Shown: positions 29,461-39,483, numbered from the stretch's first letter. The stretch is 64,000 nucleotides of DNA from Longimicrobiales bacterium (GCA_965226625.1 CBDDDK010000001.1:36910-100909), one strand, 5' to 3'. The notes: generated by a model not told the origin, from the letters alone. Numbers and translations are program-made.

Positions 29461-30452
29461 GCATGTACCTGCATGGGCTCGGGCACTTCCACCCCGAGAA
29501 CGAGATCACCAACGAGTTCCTCACCAGTCTGGACATCGGTTCCAACGCCCAGTGGATCGAGGAGCGCGTCGGCATCGAATCGCGCCGCACCGTGATGTCG
29601 CTCGACTACATCAAGGAGACGCTGAACCGCGACTTCACACAGGCCGCTGAGGCGTCCGAGTACACGCACGCCGAGACTGGCGGGCTTGCCTCAGAGATGG
29701 CGCTCCAGCGTGCGGGGCTCCAGGCGAGCGACATGGGCATGGTCATCGCCGGAAGCTGCAAGCCCGACTTCATGTCTCCTTCCGACGCATGCACGATTGC
29801 GGGACGGCTCGGCATCGAAGCGCCGTCGTTCGACATCAATTCGGCATGCACGAGCTTCCATGTCGCGCTCTATACACTCGCCATGATGAAGCCCGAAGCG
29901 CTTCCAGAGTTCGTGCTCGTGGTGACGCCGGAGACGGTGACGTGCTCGGTCGACTACTCGGACCGCACCGGAGCGGTGCTCTGGGGAGACGGCACGACAG
30001 CGGCGATTATCTCGACCAAGGTACCTTCCCTCATCCAGATCCTCGGCAACTCGATCGAATCGAGTCCGGCGGGGTGGGACAAGGTCACCATCGCTTCCAA
30101 CGAGCATTTCCGACAGGATGGCCGGACCGTCCAGATGTTCGCCATCAAAAAGACCGTACGCGTTCTCAAGCGGCTGCAGCAGGAGTTTGCCGATCCCGGC
30201 CGGCGTCTGCACTTCGTGGGGCACCAGGCCAACCTGAGGATGCTCGACGCCGTATGTCAGCGGTGCGAGATCACCGAGGACCTCCACCACAGCAGCGTAG
30301 TGAACTTCGGCAATACGGGCGCGGCCGGCGCCCCGGGCGTGGTCTCGATGCGCTGGGACGAGTGGCAACCAGGCGACGACGTCGCCTTGGTTGGTGTCGG
30401 TGCGGGTCTCACCTGGTCGGGACACCTCTACCGGTTCGGGGAGGCTTCGTGA
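29457..30452 (+). CDS. 3-oxoacyl-ACP synthase III (KAS III, FabH-like)
   Basis: MSMYLHGLGHF... with Cys/His/Asn triad contexts NSACTSFHVAL, FVGHQANLRM and NFGNTGAAG. ATGA overlap with the upstream stop. Confidence 0.8.
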   Translation: MSMYLHGLGHFHPENEITNEFLTSLDIGSNAQWIEERVGIESRRTVMSLDYIKETLNRDFTQAAEASEYTHAETGGLASEMALQRAGLQASDMGMVIAGSCKPDFMSPSDACTIAGRLGIEAPSFDINSACTSFHVALYTLAMMKPEALPEFVLVVTPETVTCSVDYSDRTGAVLWGDGTTAAIISTKVPSLIQILGNSIESSPAGWDKVTIASNEHFRQDGRTVQMFAIKKTVRVLKRLQQEFADPGRRLHFVGHQANLRMLDAVCQRCEITEDLHHSSVVNFGNTGAAGAPGVVSMRWDEWQPGDDVALVGVGAGLTWSGHLYRFGEAS

Positions 30453-31042
30453 CCTACGAGGACTTTCTGGCTCGGCCAAATCTCACGCAGGAGGAGGTTC
30501 TGGCCATGTCCTACGGACGTCTGATCGACGACCCGCCCGAGGACTTCAAGACCCGCCTCCCCGCCCCCCCTATGCTCATGGTCGACCGCGTGGTCGAGAT
30601 GACCGAAAACGGGCGCACAGGTAGTATCGTGGGCGAGAAAGACATCCGCCTGGACGATTGGTTCTTCCAATGTCACTTCACCGCCGACCCCGTGCAGCCC
30701 GGCTGCCTCGGAGTCGACGGGGTATGGCAGCTCATCGGCCTCTATTGCGCGTGGCGGGGAGCGATGGGTACAGGACGCGCGCTCGGCGCCGGCGAGATCG
30801 ACTTCTTCGGGCAGATCCGCCCACACGACAAACTCGTGCGCTACGAAATCGACATCCTCCGCTACCAGGCCCTACCCAAATCCGGCTCCGCGGTCGCCAT
30901 CGGCGACGCCCGGGTGATCGTGGACGGCGAGGAGATCTACACGATCAAGCGCGCCAAGGTCGGTGCCTTTCTCGACATCGACTATGCCGACTATCCGTAC
31001 CCGAGCGCGCGATCGCGCGGCGGCAAGATGGAAGCGGAATGA
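30449..31042 (+). CDS. fabA: FabA-type 3-hydroxyacyl-ACP dehydratase / trans-2,cis-3-enoyl isomerase
   Basis: GTG start (GTGA overlap). LPAPPMLMVDRV...WFFQCHFTADPVQPGCLGVDGVWQL contains the FabA His and Asp active-site contexts. Confidence 0.75.
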   Translation: MTYEDFLARPNLTQEEVLAMSYGRLIDDPPEDFKTRLPAPPMLMVDRVVEMTENGRTGSIVGEKDIRLDDWFFQCHFTADPVQPGCLGVDGVWQLIGLYCAWRGAMGTGRALGAGEIDFFGQIRPHDKLVRYEIDILRYQALPKSGSAVAIGDARVIVDGEEIYTIKRAKVGAFLDIDYADYPYPSARSRGGKMEAE

Positions 31043-31515
31043 GCGACGCTTGCGCAGGGGTGGTACTCACGCCCAAAGAGGTGTTCGAGCTGCTTCCCCA
31101 GAAAGACCCGTTCCTCTTCGTGGACGAAGTCCTGGAAGTCTCCGACGAGCACATCGTCGCCTGCTTCACGTTCCGACATGATCACGACTTCTACCGTGGC
31201 CACTTTCCGGGCCGCCCGGTAACCCCTGGTGTGATCCTGCTGGAGAGCCTCGCTCAGGTCGGCGTCGTCGGACTCGGCCTGTACCAGATCGCGCGCGATC
31301 AGGGGCGCGACGCAGTGCTCGACGCGTTAGCGCTCTTCACCGACGCCAACGTCGAGTTCACCGGTCTCGTGAGTCCCGGGGACCGCGTGACCATCCGCGC
31401 AGACAAGGTCTTTTTCCGGCGCGGCAAGATCCGCTCGGAAGCCGAGATGACGCTCGAAGACGGCGCCGTCGTTTGCTCAGGAACAATCTCGGGCATGGGA
31501 GTCCCCCGGCGGTGA
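31039..31515 (+). CDS. fabZ: FabZ-type 3-hydroxyacyl-ACP dehydratase
   Basis: ATGA overlap. LPQKDPFLFVDEV...YRGHFPGRPVTPGVILLESLAQVG hot-dog motif. Confidence 0.75.
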   Translation: MSDACAGVVLTPKEVFELLPQKDPFLFVDEVLEVSDEHIVACFTFRHDHDFYRGHFPGRPVTPGVILLESLAQVGVVGLGLYQIARDQGRDAVLDALALFTDANVEFTGLVSPGDRVTIRADKVFFRRGKIRSEAEMTLEDGAVVCSGTISGMGVPRR

Positions 31516-32789
31516 ATCGACGCGTGGTCATCACAGGCCTGGGCGTCGTCGCCCCGAACGGCAATGGACTCGAGGCCTACGAAGCCGCGCTGCGTGCGGG
31601 CGTTTCGGGGATCCGTCACATTCCCATTCTGGAGGAGCTGAAGTTTGGCTGCACGGCCGCTGGTGTGCCTCAGGAAACGGACGCGATCGCCGACGCGTAC
31701 TTCGACGAGGACGAGCTGCTCGCAATGAACTCCAGCCACCGCTTCGGCTGCATCGCGGCGGTGGATGCTTGGACTGACGCCGGATTCGCGCGCCCCGACC
31801 GCGAAGACGATCACGTCTACTGGGAGGCCGGCGCGGTGATCGGCACCGGCGTCGGCGGGCTAGACACCGCGGGCGAGAAGCTCGTCCCCATGACGGATGC
31901 CGCCAAGGTGCGCCGCCTCGGCAGCACGATCGTCGAGCAGATCATGGGCAGTGGAGTCTCGGCCCGCATTTCAGGCTTGCTGGCGCTCGGCAACCAGGTC
32001 ACGTCCAACTCGAGCGCGTGCAGCACGGGCGCCGAGGCAATCGTGGACGGGTACCAACGCATCCAGAACGGTCTCGCGGACCGCATGTTGTGCGGCGGTA
32101 GCGAAGGGGCGAGCCGCTACATCTGGGCGGGCTTCGACGCGATGCGCGTGCTCTCCCGAAAATTCAACGACGAGCCAGAGAAGGCTTCTCGACCGCTATC
32201 CGCCTCCGCCGCCGGGTTCGTGCCGGGCAGCGGTGCCGGAGTCGTCCACCTCGAGAGCCTCGACAGCGCCCAGGCACGAGGTGCGAGGATCTACGCCGAA
32301 GTGCTGGGCGGCTCGATTAACTGCGGCGGACACCGTCAGGGCGGGAGCATGACGGCACCTAACCCCACGAGCGTACGGCGCTGCATCCGCCAGGCGGTCG
32401 CGGCTGCGGGTATCGAGTCTGACGAGATCGACGCCATTAACGGCCACCTCACGGCCACCGGGGCCGACCCAAACGAGGTCGAGTCCTGGGCAGCCGCGCT
32501 CGAACGCACGCCGGAGAACTTGCCGCTCATCTGCTCGACGAAATCCATGATCGGGCACGGCCTGGGAGCCGCCGGAGCGATGGAATCAGTGGCATGCATC
32601 CTCATGCTGCGGGGTGGCTTCGTGCACCCGTCGATCAACTGCGAGGATGTGCACCCCGAGATCGAGCCGTACGCCGCCTCGATCCCCCACGAGGTCGCGG
32701 AAACGCCCGACTTGCGCACAATCATCAAGGCCGGCTTCGGCTTCGGCGACGTGAACGTATGCGTGGTCTTCCGTAAGTGGTGCGACTAA
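31512..32789 (+). CDS. 3-oxoacyl-ACP synthase I/II (FabB/FabF-type KAS)
   Basis: GTG start at 31512 (GTGA overlap) gives VNRRVVITGLGVVAPNG. Cys-His-His contexts SSACSTGAEAI, NGHLTATGAD and KSMIGHGLGAAG. Confidence 0.85.
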   Translation: MNRRVVITGLGVVAPNGNGLEAYEAALRAGVSGIRHIPILEELKFGCTAAGVPQETDAIADAYFDEDELLAMNSSHRFGCIAAVDAWTDAGFARPDREDDHVYWEAGAVIGTGVGGLDTAGEKLVPMTDAAKVRRLGSTIVEQIMGSGVSARISGLLALGNQVTSNSSACSTGAEAIVDGYQRIQNGLADRMLCGGSEGASRYIWAGFDAMRVLSRKFNDEPEKASRPLSASAAGFVPGSGAGVVHLESLDSAQARGARIYAEVLGGSINCGGHRQGGSMTAPNPTSVRRCIRQAVAAAGIESDEIDAINGHLTATGADPNEVESWAAALERTPENLPLICSTKSMIGHGLGAAGAMESVACILMLRGGFVHPSINCEDVHPEIEPYAASIPHEVAETPDLRTIIKAGFGFGDVNVCVVFRKWCD

Positions 32790-32838
32790 CCTTAGTCTTT
32801 ACGTCCGCAATATCGAACCGATAGGAGCTACCACGCCC

Positions 32839-33084
32839 ATGGATCAGAGTGAGATCCGCGCCAAGATTCTTCAAATCATCAGCATCTATGCCAAAAACAA
32901 GGATGCCGTAGTGTCGGCAACGGACGAGACGAACATCCTTCAGGACCTGAAGGTGAACTCGGCGCGGCTGGTAGACGTCATCCTCGACTTGGAAGATGCC
33001 TTCGACATCGAGGTCGACGACGAAGACGCCGACAACGTCAACACTATCGGAGACGCCATCTCCCTCATCGCTGCCAAGATCTGA
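32839..33084 (+). CDS. Acyl carrier protein
   Basis: 81-aa acidic protein. LQDLKVNSARLVDVILDLEDAFDIEV carries the phosphopantetheine Ser in helix-II context. Confidence 0.85.
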   Translation: MDQSEIRAKILQIISIYAKNKDAVVSATDETNILQDLKVNSARLVDVILDLEDAFDIEVDDEDADNVNTIGDAISLIAAKI

Positions 33085-33092
33085 CCCTCAAG

Positions 33093-33848
33093 ATGAGTCT
33101 GCCTGCCGCAACGCGCTTCAACCTCTTCGTGCAACGCGAAGTCGGCCGGCTTCTGTCCGTCGTTTGGATTCCGGCGTCTGCCTTCATCCTAAGCGTCATC
33201 ATGCGCTATCGCGTTCGAGACGTCAGGGACCTGCGCCGGCGGTTCCGCACACTCGTTAGGGCAACCGACAAGCCAATCCTGATCTGCCCCAACCATCTCA
33301 CCATGGCCGATTCGGCGTTGGTGACATGGGCACTGGGCGGGTCGTGGTGGTATCTGTTCCACTACCGCTGGGTGCCGTGGAACCTGCCCGAGTACCACAA
33401 CTTCGCTTCGGTGTGGCTCAGCCGAATGGCCGCGTGGGCGACCAAGTGCATCCCGATTGTGCGCGGAGGTGAGCGCGCACAGGTCGCGAAGGTGCTCAAG
33501 CGCATCCAGCACGTCGTTTCGCGCGGTGAGACGGCGATCATCTTCGCGGAGAGTGGTCGCAGCCGGACCGGCCGCATCCAGATGGAGACGATCGCACACG
33601 GTATGGGCAGGATCGTGAATTCCATCCCCGACTGCCACGCGCTATGCGTGTACCTGCGTGGCGACCGGCAGGATAGGTGGTCGACGATCCCGAAGCGGGG
33701 CGATTCGTTCTACGTGGATTTCGAGGTGTTCCGCCCCGAGTCCGACAACTCCGGCATCCGCCGCTCGCGTGACTTCGCGATGCAGATCGCAGACCGCCTG
33801 GTGCAGCTGGAGGAGAAGTACTTCGCGCGACAGCGGGCGACCGCCTAG
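33093..33848 (+). CDS. Lysophospholipid acyltransferase (LPLAT/PlsC-family) acyltransferase
   Basis: HX4D motif PNHLTMAD, block III FAESGRSRTG, and an N-terminal membrane helix. Starts 8 nt after the ACP stop. Confidence 0.75.
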   Translation: MSLPAATRFNLFVQREVGRLLSVVWIPASAFILSVIMRYRVRDVRDLRRRFRTLVRATDKPILICPNHLTMADSALVTWALGGSWWYLFHYRWVPWNLPEYHNFASVWLSRMAAWATKCIPIVRGGERAQVAKVLKRIQHVVSRGETAIIFAESGRSRTGRIQMETIAHGMGRIVNSIPDCHALCVYLRGDRQDRWSTIPKRGDSFYVDFEVFRPESDNSGIRRSRDFAMQIADRLVQLEEKYFARQRATA

Positions 33849-34109
33849 CGGCCCACCGGCGAATCGAGCTAGGTGCAGGCCCTCGCCCCAAGGCCCACAA
33901 TGAAGCCTCCTAATCCCAACGAGTTGGGCTACCCGATGTGGACATATCACATTGTCAATGGTCGATCAACAGATATACGGGAAGATTGGGTTTCGGCGGT
34001 TGCCGTCCGACGCCAACCCGCGGAATAATGCCGGTATGAACCAGGGAATCGGACCCGCGACAAAGTCGGGTAGGAAGGCAGAACGCACGTCGGCGGCGAG
34101 TCCGCCTTG

Positions 34110-35303
34110 ATGTGGCCGTGCAAGGGCCTCGACTTCAGTTGGGAAGACTGGTTCTTCGCGCTCGAGTCTTCGCTCGCCCCGCCTCGCCGCCAGACCGTGG
34201 GTGCCCGGGTCGAGCGGATCTGGTCCGAAGGGGGTGACGCGATCGCCTGCCTCAACGTGCGCTCCGCATTCGACCTCTTCCTGCGATCGATGCAATGGGA
34301 CGCGGGCGACGAGATCATCTTCTCTGCCGTCACGGTACCCGACATGCCGGTGGTCGCACGGTACCATGGTCTGCGCACTGTGCCGTTGGACATCGACCCG
34401 ATCACGACCGTGTGGGACGTCGCTGAGCTCGAGGCACTGATCGGTCCGCGTACGCGGGCCGTCGTGCTCACGCATCTCTACGGAGCTCGACTCGACGTCG
34501 AGCCCACCGTCGAAGTCGCTCGGCGTCGGGAGATCATGGTGATCGAGGACTGCGCAGAGGCGTACGCTGGCCCGGCTTGGACCGGGCACGCCGAAGCGGA
34601 CCTCAACCTCTTTTCCTTTGGCCCCTTGAAGACGGCGACCGCGGTCGGAGGAGGCCTGGTGCGCGTGCGCGATGCCGGGCTACGGAAGCGAATGCGCTCG
34701 ATCATGAAGGGCGATCCGGTACAACCCACGCGCGAGCACCTCTGGCGGCTGATCATCTATGGCGCGCTAAGAGCCTCCACCAACCCTCACCTCTTCGGCA
34801 TGTACATCGCGGTCCTGAGAGCACTGGGGGTCGACCACCAGGAGCTCATCCACAGGCTCACACGTAGCGTCAGCGGCGAGGATCTGCTCACCAGAATTCG
34901 CCGGCAGCCGTGCGCAGCCTTGCTGGCCCTTCTCGAGCGCCGCCTATACGAGGGGGACGCCGCAATCTCGCGGCGGACCGAGTTGGGCCGTACGCTCTTC
35001 GAAGCCTTGGGACCGGAAGTTGATCTACCGACACGGGAGGTCGATACCCATAGCTATTGGTTGGTGCCGGTTCTGACATCCGAACCCGAGGGGCTCGCTC
35101 GCGAGCTCCGCAGCGAAGGCTTTTATCCGATGTCAGGGCGACTAGCGGTGGTTAGGGACAGCCGCGCTCCGGATACCGCTTCGCCCGGTGCGCAACGGCT
35201 CGTTACAGGGAGTGTGTACCTCCCCTTCGATCCCCAGATGCCAGGGCAAGAGCTGAAGCGCCTGGGTGGAATCGTGACCGCAGTTGCGCAGAACACCCCG
35301 TGA
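34110..35303 (+). CDS. DegT/DnrJ/EryC1/StrS-family PLP-dependent aminotransferase
   Basis: GDEIIFSAVTVPDM, VVLTHLYGARLDV, VIEDCAEAYAG and LFSFGPLKTATAVGGG (PLP Lys context). The track start TTG 34107 is immediately followed by ATG 34110. Confidence 0.7.
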   Translation: MWPCKGLDFSWEDWFFALESSLAPPRRQTVGARVERIWSEGGDAIACLNVRSAFDLFLRSMQWDAGDEIIFSAVTVPDMPVVARYHGLRTVPLDIDPITTVWDVAELEALIGPRTRAVVLTHLYGARLDVEPTVEVARRREIMVIEDCAEAYAGPAWTGHAEADLNLFSFGPLKTATAVGGGLVRVRDAGLRKRMRSIMKGDPVQPTREHLWRLIIYGALRASTNPHLFGMYIAVLRALGVDHQELIHRLTRSVSGEDLLTRIRRQPCAALLALLERRLYEGDAAISRRTELGRTLFEALGPEVDLPTREVDTHSYWLVPVLTSEPEGLARELRSEGFYPMSGRLAVVRDSRAPDTASPGAQRLVTGSVYLPFDPQMPGQELKRLGGIVTAVAQNTP

Positions 35304-35447
35304 CGACATTTCCGTGGTGAGATCGACGTTTCGAGCGCCACGGCCGTTGACGGAACGCCGAGCGAGCGGAGGCGGGCGTGACCCAAGGCTCACACGACTG
35401 GCTCGGGGACCTACGCATGCGGTGGACTCAGAGCCCGTCCCGATACC

Positions 35448-36134
35448 ATGACCGCTGAAGACGTCGAACGCTTCGAGGAGATCGGTCGGGGCCTCGACGA
35501 GCTCGTCCACATCGCGTGGCAGAAGCGGGCATTCGATATAGTGTTGTCCTTGCTGCTGATCGTAATCTTCTCGCCGATGATCGTGTTGATCCTGCTGACG
35601 ATCACGGCGGACGGGCTGCTCGTCCCGGGGCACCGAGGGCCCCTCTTTCTGACCGAGGACCGTGGCTCGGAGGGCGAGATCTTCCACCTGCCCAAGTTTC
35701 GGATCATCCGCATGGATGCCTTCTGGAGAATCCGCAAGACGCAGAAGCACCAGCACATCAAGCCCATCGAATCCGACCCGGACAACGTCACGAGAGCTGG
35801 CGCCATTCTGAAGCGGTTCTACCTCGATAAGTTGCCGCAGCTGTTCTCTATCCTGAAGGGCGACATGAGCTTCGTCGGCCCACGCCCCTGGCCACTCGAG
35901 CCGTATTACGAGGAACTCGAGAAAGGGATCTTCAGAAAGCGACTGATACGCCCAGGGCTCACGGGGCTCGTGCAAGCCAACAAGGGCGTCACAGGCGGCC
36001 CCGACGAGTGGGCCCTGGACTTCACGTATATCGGCTTCATGCACGCCGAGCGAAACGGATGGGCGAAGCTCGCCTTCGACCTGCGGGTGCTGACACGCTC
36101 TACGAAGACGGTGTCCGAGGGGAAAGGGTTGTAG
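35448..36134 (+). CDS. Polyprenyl-phosphate sugar-1-phosphate transferase (Bac_transf, small PglC/EpsL/WbaP C-terminal type)
   Basis: QKRAFDIVLSLLLIVIFSPMIVLILL re-entrant helix, LPKFRIIRMDA, and DKLPQLFSILKGDMSFVGPRPWPLE. Confidence 0.8.
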   Translation: MTAEDVERFEEIGRGLDELVHIAWQKRAFDIVLSLLLIVIFSPMIVLILLTITADGLLVPGHRGPLFLTEDRGSEGEIFHLPKFRIIRMDAFWRIRKTQKHQHIKPIESDPDNVTRAGAILKRFYLDKLPQLFSILKGDMSFVGPRPWPLEPYYEELEKGIFRKRLIRPGLTGLVQANKGVTGGPDEWALDFTYIGFMHAERNGWAKLAFDLRVLTRSTKTVSEGKGL

Positions 36135-36256
36135 TCCGCTCACCCCCTTCCCTGTCTTCCCTCGTACTAATCCGTCCACTATTTTCGCGTCCCTGAGTGC
36201 CGAGACTCTGACCGTCTAGCGCAGATCTAGAGCGCGTAGACGAAGGAGAGAGGTCT

Positions 36257-38862
36257 ATGCGCGACACATCTAGGGTGAACGCAGATGGAACGCTACGCTC
36301 CGTGCGGTCTCGGGCGGCTGGGACGACGCGGGCGCTGCTTACGATCATCGCCCTCGTCGCCTGCTCGCCACCCTCGATGCTCGCACAGACCGCTGACCAA
36401 GGGGAGGTCGTGGCCGCAGGCGAGCGCTATCGCGCTGGAGCATTCCATCGGTGGATCCTAGGCCGACACTACCGCGATGTGTGGACCCAGACCATCCGGG
36501 TGGAGCCACTCGACCTGTCGTCGTTCGCAGGGGGACTCGAGCCGCTCCGCACCGGCGGAGGGCGACAGACGAGATCCTTGAGGTTCGCGGGCGCGGACGG
36601 TAGGGAGTACGCCTTCCGCTCCGTCGACAAAGACCCCTCGGCCGTCCTCGACCCACTTCTTCGCGGGACGGTCGTCAACGAGCTCGTTCAGGACGGAATC
36701 AGCGCGGCCCACCCCTACGGCGCGCTGGTCGCGGCGCCGCTCCTGGAAGCCGCGGGAATCCTGCACGTGGAGCCCCAGCTCAGGATCATGCCGGATGATC
36801 CCGCGCTCGGGGAGTTCAGGGAGGAGTTCGCCGGCGTACTGGGACTCATCGAAGAACGCCCGGACGAGAACGAGGGAGACCGAACATCCTTCGCTGGGAC
36901 TGCCCGCGTGATCGCCAGCGAGACATTGACCGAGCGCCTCGATCGGGGCCCGCGTGACCTGGTAGACAGTGAAGCGTTTCTCACTGCACGACTCGTCGAT
37001 GTCTTTCTCGGCGACTGGGATAGGCACCGGGGACAGTGGCGGTGGGCGACCTACAGCGAGACGGAGCCGAGGACATGGCTGCCCGTGCCGACCGATCGTG
37101 ATCAGGCTTTCTCGAAGTTCGACGGCGCTGCAACCCGAATCGTGAGCTTGTACATGCCGCAGTTCGTTCGCTTCGAGGAAAGCTACCCGGACATCACGCG
37201 ATTGCACTGGAATGGGCGGGCCTTGGACCGGTGGTTCTTGTCCGGGCTCGAACGACCGGTGTGGGACTCAGTGGGGACCGCACTGCAGGCGCGACTCACT
37301 GACGACGTGATCGAAGAAGCCGTCGGGCAGCTGCCGTCCGAGATCCACGCCCTCGGCGGTGAGGAGCTCGCCCGCACGCTGAGAGTGAGGAGGGACCACC
37401 TCGACGAAGCTTGGCACGAGTTCTACCGACTGCTCGCCGGCAAGGTCGACATCCACGCCACCAGCGCCGACGAGGTGCTCGTGGTTGATCGCTCGGAGTC
37501 GGGTCGCGTCGGTGTGACGATCACCGCGCCCGATCACTTGGAAGCACCATATTTTCAGCGTCGCTTCGACGCGACGGAAACGGACGAGATCAGGATCCAC
37601 TTGGAGGGCGGCGATGACCAGGTAGTAGTGAGGGGCGGTGCCCGGTCGGATATCGCGGTCCGGATCGTCAGTGGAGCAGGAGACGACCGCTACGAATTCG
37701 CTTCGGACGGGCAGCGAGTACGACTCTACGATTACGAGGGCGACAACCAGGTGTCGGGCAGCGGATCCCAGCCGATCGACGACAAGGAGTTCGACGAGTA
37801 GGTCTGGAGCGAAGAGGACCGTGATCAACCCCGCGATTGGGGCAGCAGTACGCAGCCGATCTTCTGGTCTACGTATTCGTCCGATCTCGGACCCTTCCTG
37901 GGGGGTGGTGCCCACTTGGAGCGCTACGCTTCCGAAAGCCACCGTACGCATCGGCGTTCGACCTCCGAGGCGGGTACACGCCGACCCTCGGTAAAGGACG
38001 GGCTGAGATCGAGGGACACCTGAACCAGGAGAACTCCGCGGTCTTCTGGACGTTGGGGGGCCGTATCTCACGGCTGGACGTCCTCCACTATTTCGGGCTT
38101 GGGAATATGGCGTCTCCCGGTGCACAATCGTACCACAAGGTCGACCAGACAGCAGCCTCTCTCGCGCTCGGGCTCGGCGTCTCGCCAAGCCCCCGATTCG
38201 TGTTCTCGGGTGGCCTAGAGCTCGAGCGGATCAGCACAGACGACAACGCCGGGCGCTTCTTCAGCACTTTGGGCTCGATCTACGGCGACGGCCGATTTAT
38301 ACAGCTCGCAGCTACTGCTAGCCTCGTGCTGGACCCGCTCATCGATTCCGAGACCACCGGTAACCGTATCCGTGTCTCGCTCACCGGCACGGCCTTCCCG
38401 GAACTCCTGGACGTCGAGCGAAAGTTCGGCAGGGCCGGCGCCGAAGTATCCACTGTGTTGGCGCCCTCTCTCGACCCCTGGATTTCGCTCGCACTGCGGG
38501 CGGGTGGTGAGCGGGTCTGGGGTCGATTTCCCTGGTATGAAGCGGCCTTCCTCGGAGGTACGTCGACGATCCGCGGATGGGCCGACCAGCGCTTCGCCGG
38601 AGATGCGGCCGCCTTCGGAAGCACTGAGATCCGTCTCCGGATGTGGCGGCCTAGGGTCGTCGTGCCTGTGGGGATCGGTGTCTTCGGCTTAGCGGACGCG
38701 GGGCGCGTATGGCTTGATGGGGCCTCACCCGGAGGATGGCATACCAGCCTTGGCGGAGGTCTCTGGTTTCAACCGGTGAGTCAGCCCTACTTGGTTCGCG
38801 CAGGAATCGGAGTTAGTGACGAGTCCACGAAGTTCTTCATCATTCTCGGGCTGCCGTATTAG
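36257..38862 (+). pseudogene. Large secreted protein with a C-terminal Omp85/surface-antigen-like beta-barrel; in-frame TAG plus a frameshift
   Basis: Signal ...LLTIIALVACSPPSMLAQ. The frame stays plausibly coding across TAG 37799-37801 (..DDKEFDE*VWSEEDRDQPRDWGSSTQPIFWSTYSSDLGPFLGGGAHLERY). It must then shift at about 37928 to join ..(G)FRKPPYASAFDLRGGYTPTLG... (track ORF 37837..38862), which ends in ...GLPY. Confidence 0.55.
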
Positions 38863-38908
38863 GCAGCGACTCAGCGCACTCACACATCTGGCGTACTACC
38901 ACGGTACG

Positions 38909-39346
38909 CTAGGCAGAGCGCTCGAAGGCGACCGAATCGACGAGGTGCACTCCGTTCGCGAGCGTCTTGTGAACCGGACAGCGCCGCGCCACCTGCGTAA
39001 GTCGGGCTCGCTGGGCGTCGTCGAACGTGCCACGGATAGTGACCTGCGACTTGATGCGCTCAATCCATCCGTCGGCGCGTTCGTCACAGTCCGTACAATC
39101 GTCGGCGTGGACCCGGTCGAAGTCGAGCCTTACATCAACTTCGGGAAGGGTGATTCCTTTGTGGTTCGCATAGAGCCGGAGCGTGATGACGATGCACGCG
39201 GCGAGGCTGCCGAGCAGGATCTCGTAAGGCGTCGGCCCCAGGTCGCTCCCCCCGGCGCCGAGCGGTTCGTCTGAGCGCCAAGTGAACTGGCGAGCCTGCA
39301 GGGTGACCTCCGTCCCCTCTCGGAGTACTGCGGTTACGAACGCCAT
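38909..39346 (-). CDS. OsmC/Ohr-family peroxiredoxin-like protein
   Basis: 145 aa. DEPLGAGGSDLGPTPYEILLGSLAACIVITL and RCPVHKTL are OsmC-family motifs. Confidence 0.8.
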   Translation of the reverse strand: MAFVTAVLREGTEVTLQARQFTWRSDEPLGAGGSDLGPTPYEILLGSLAACIVITLRLYANHKGITLPEVDVRLDFDRVHADDCTDCDERADGWIERIKSQVTIRGTFDDAQRARLTQVARRCPVHKTLANGVHLVDSVAFERSA

Positions 39347-39483
39347 TTGCTTCTCCCTGTTGCGGGGACGATTCTCTTGTCACAGCCGGGACAGCACAAG
39401 GTACGGGGTGGTCAGGGAGCCCTGAAAGGCGGAGAGGGTGAGTGTGACCCATGGAGAAGAAACCTCGCTAGAAGGCACCTGAA

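Noticed and set aside
28510-33848. Aryl-polyene (APE)/flexirubin-type cluster
   Set aside because: It shares the KS, dehydratases, ACP and LPLAT. It lacks the hallmarks I would expect nearby: a second ACP, a KS/CLF pair, an aryl-starter AMP-ligase or ammonia-lyase, a LolA-like or MMPL exporter, and a thioesterase. It also contains FabA- and ER-like enzymes that APE clusters do not use.
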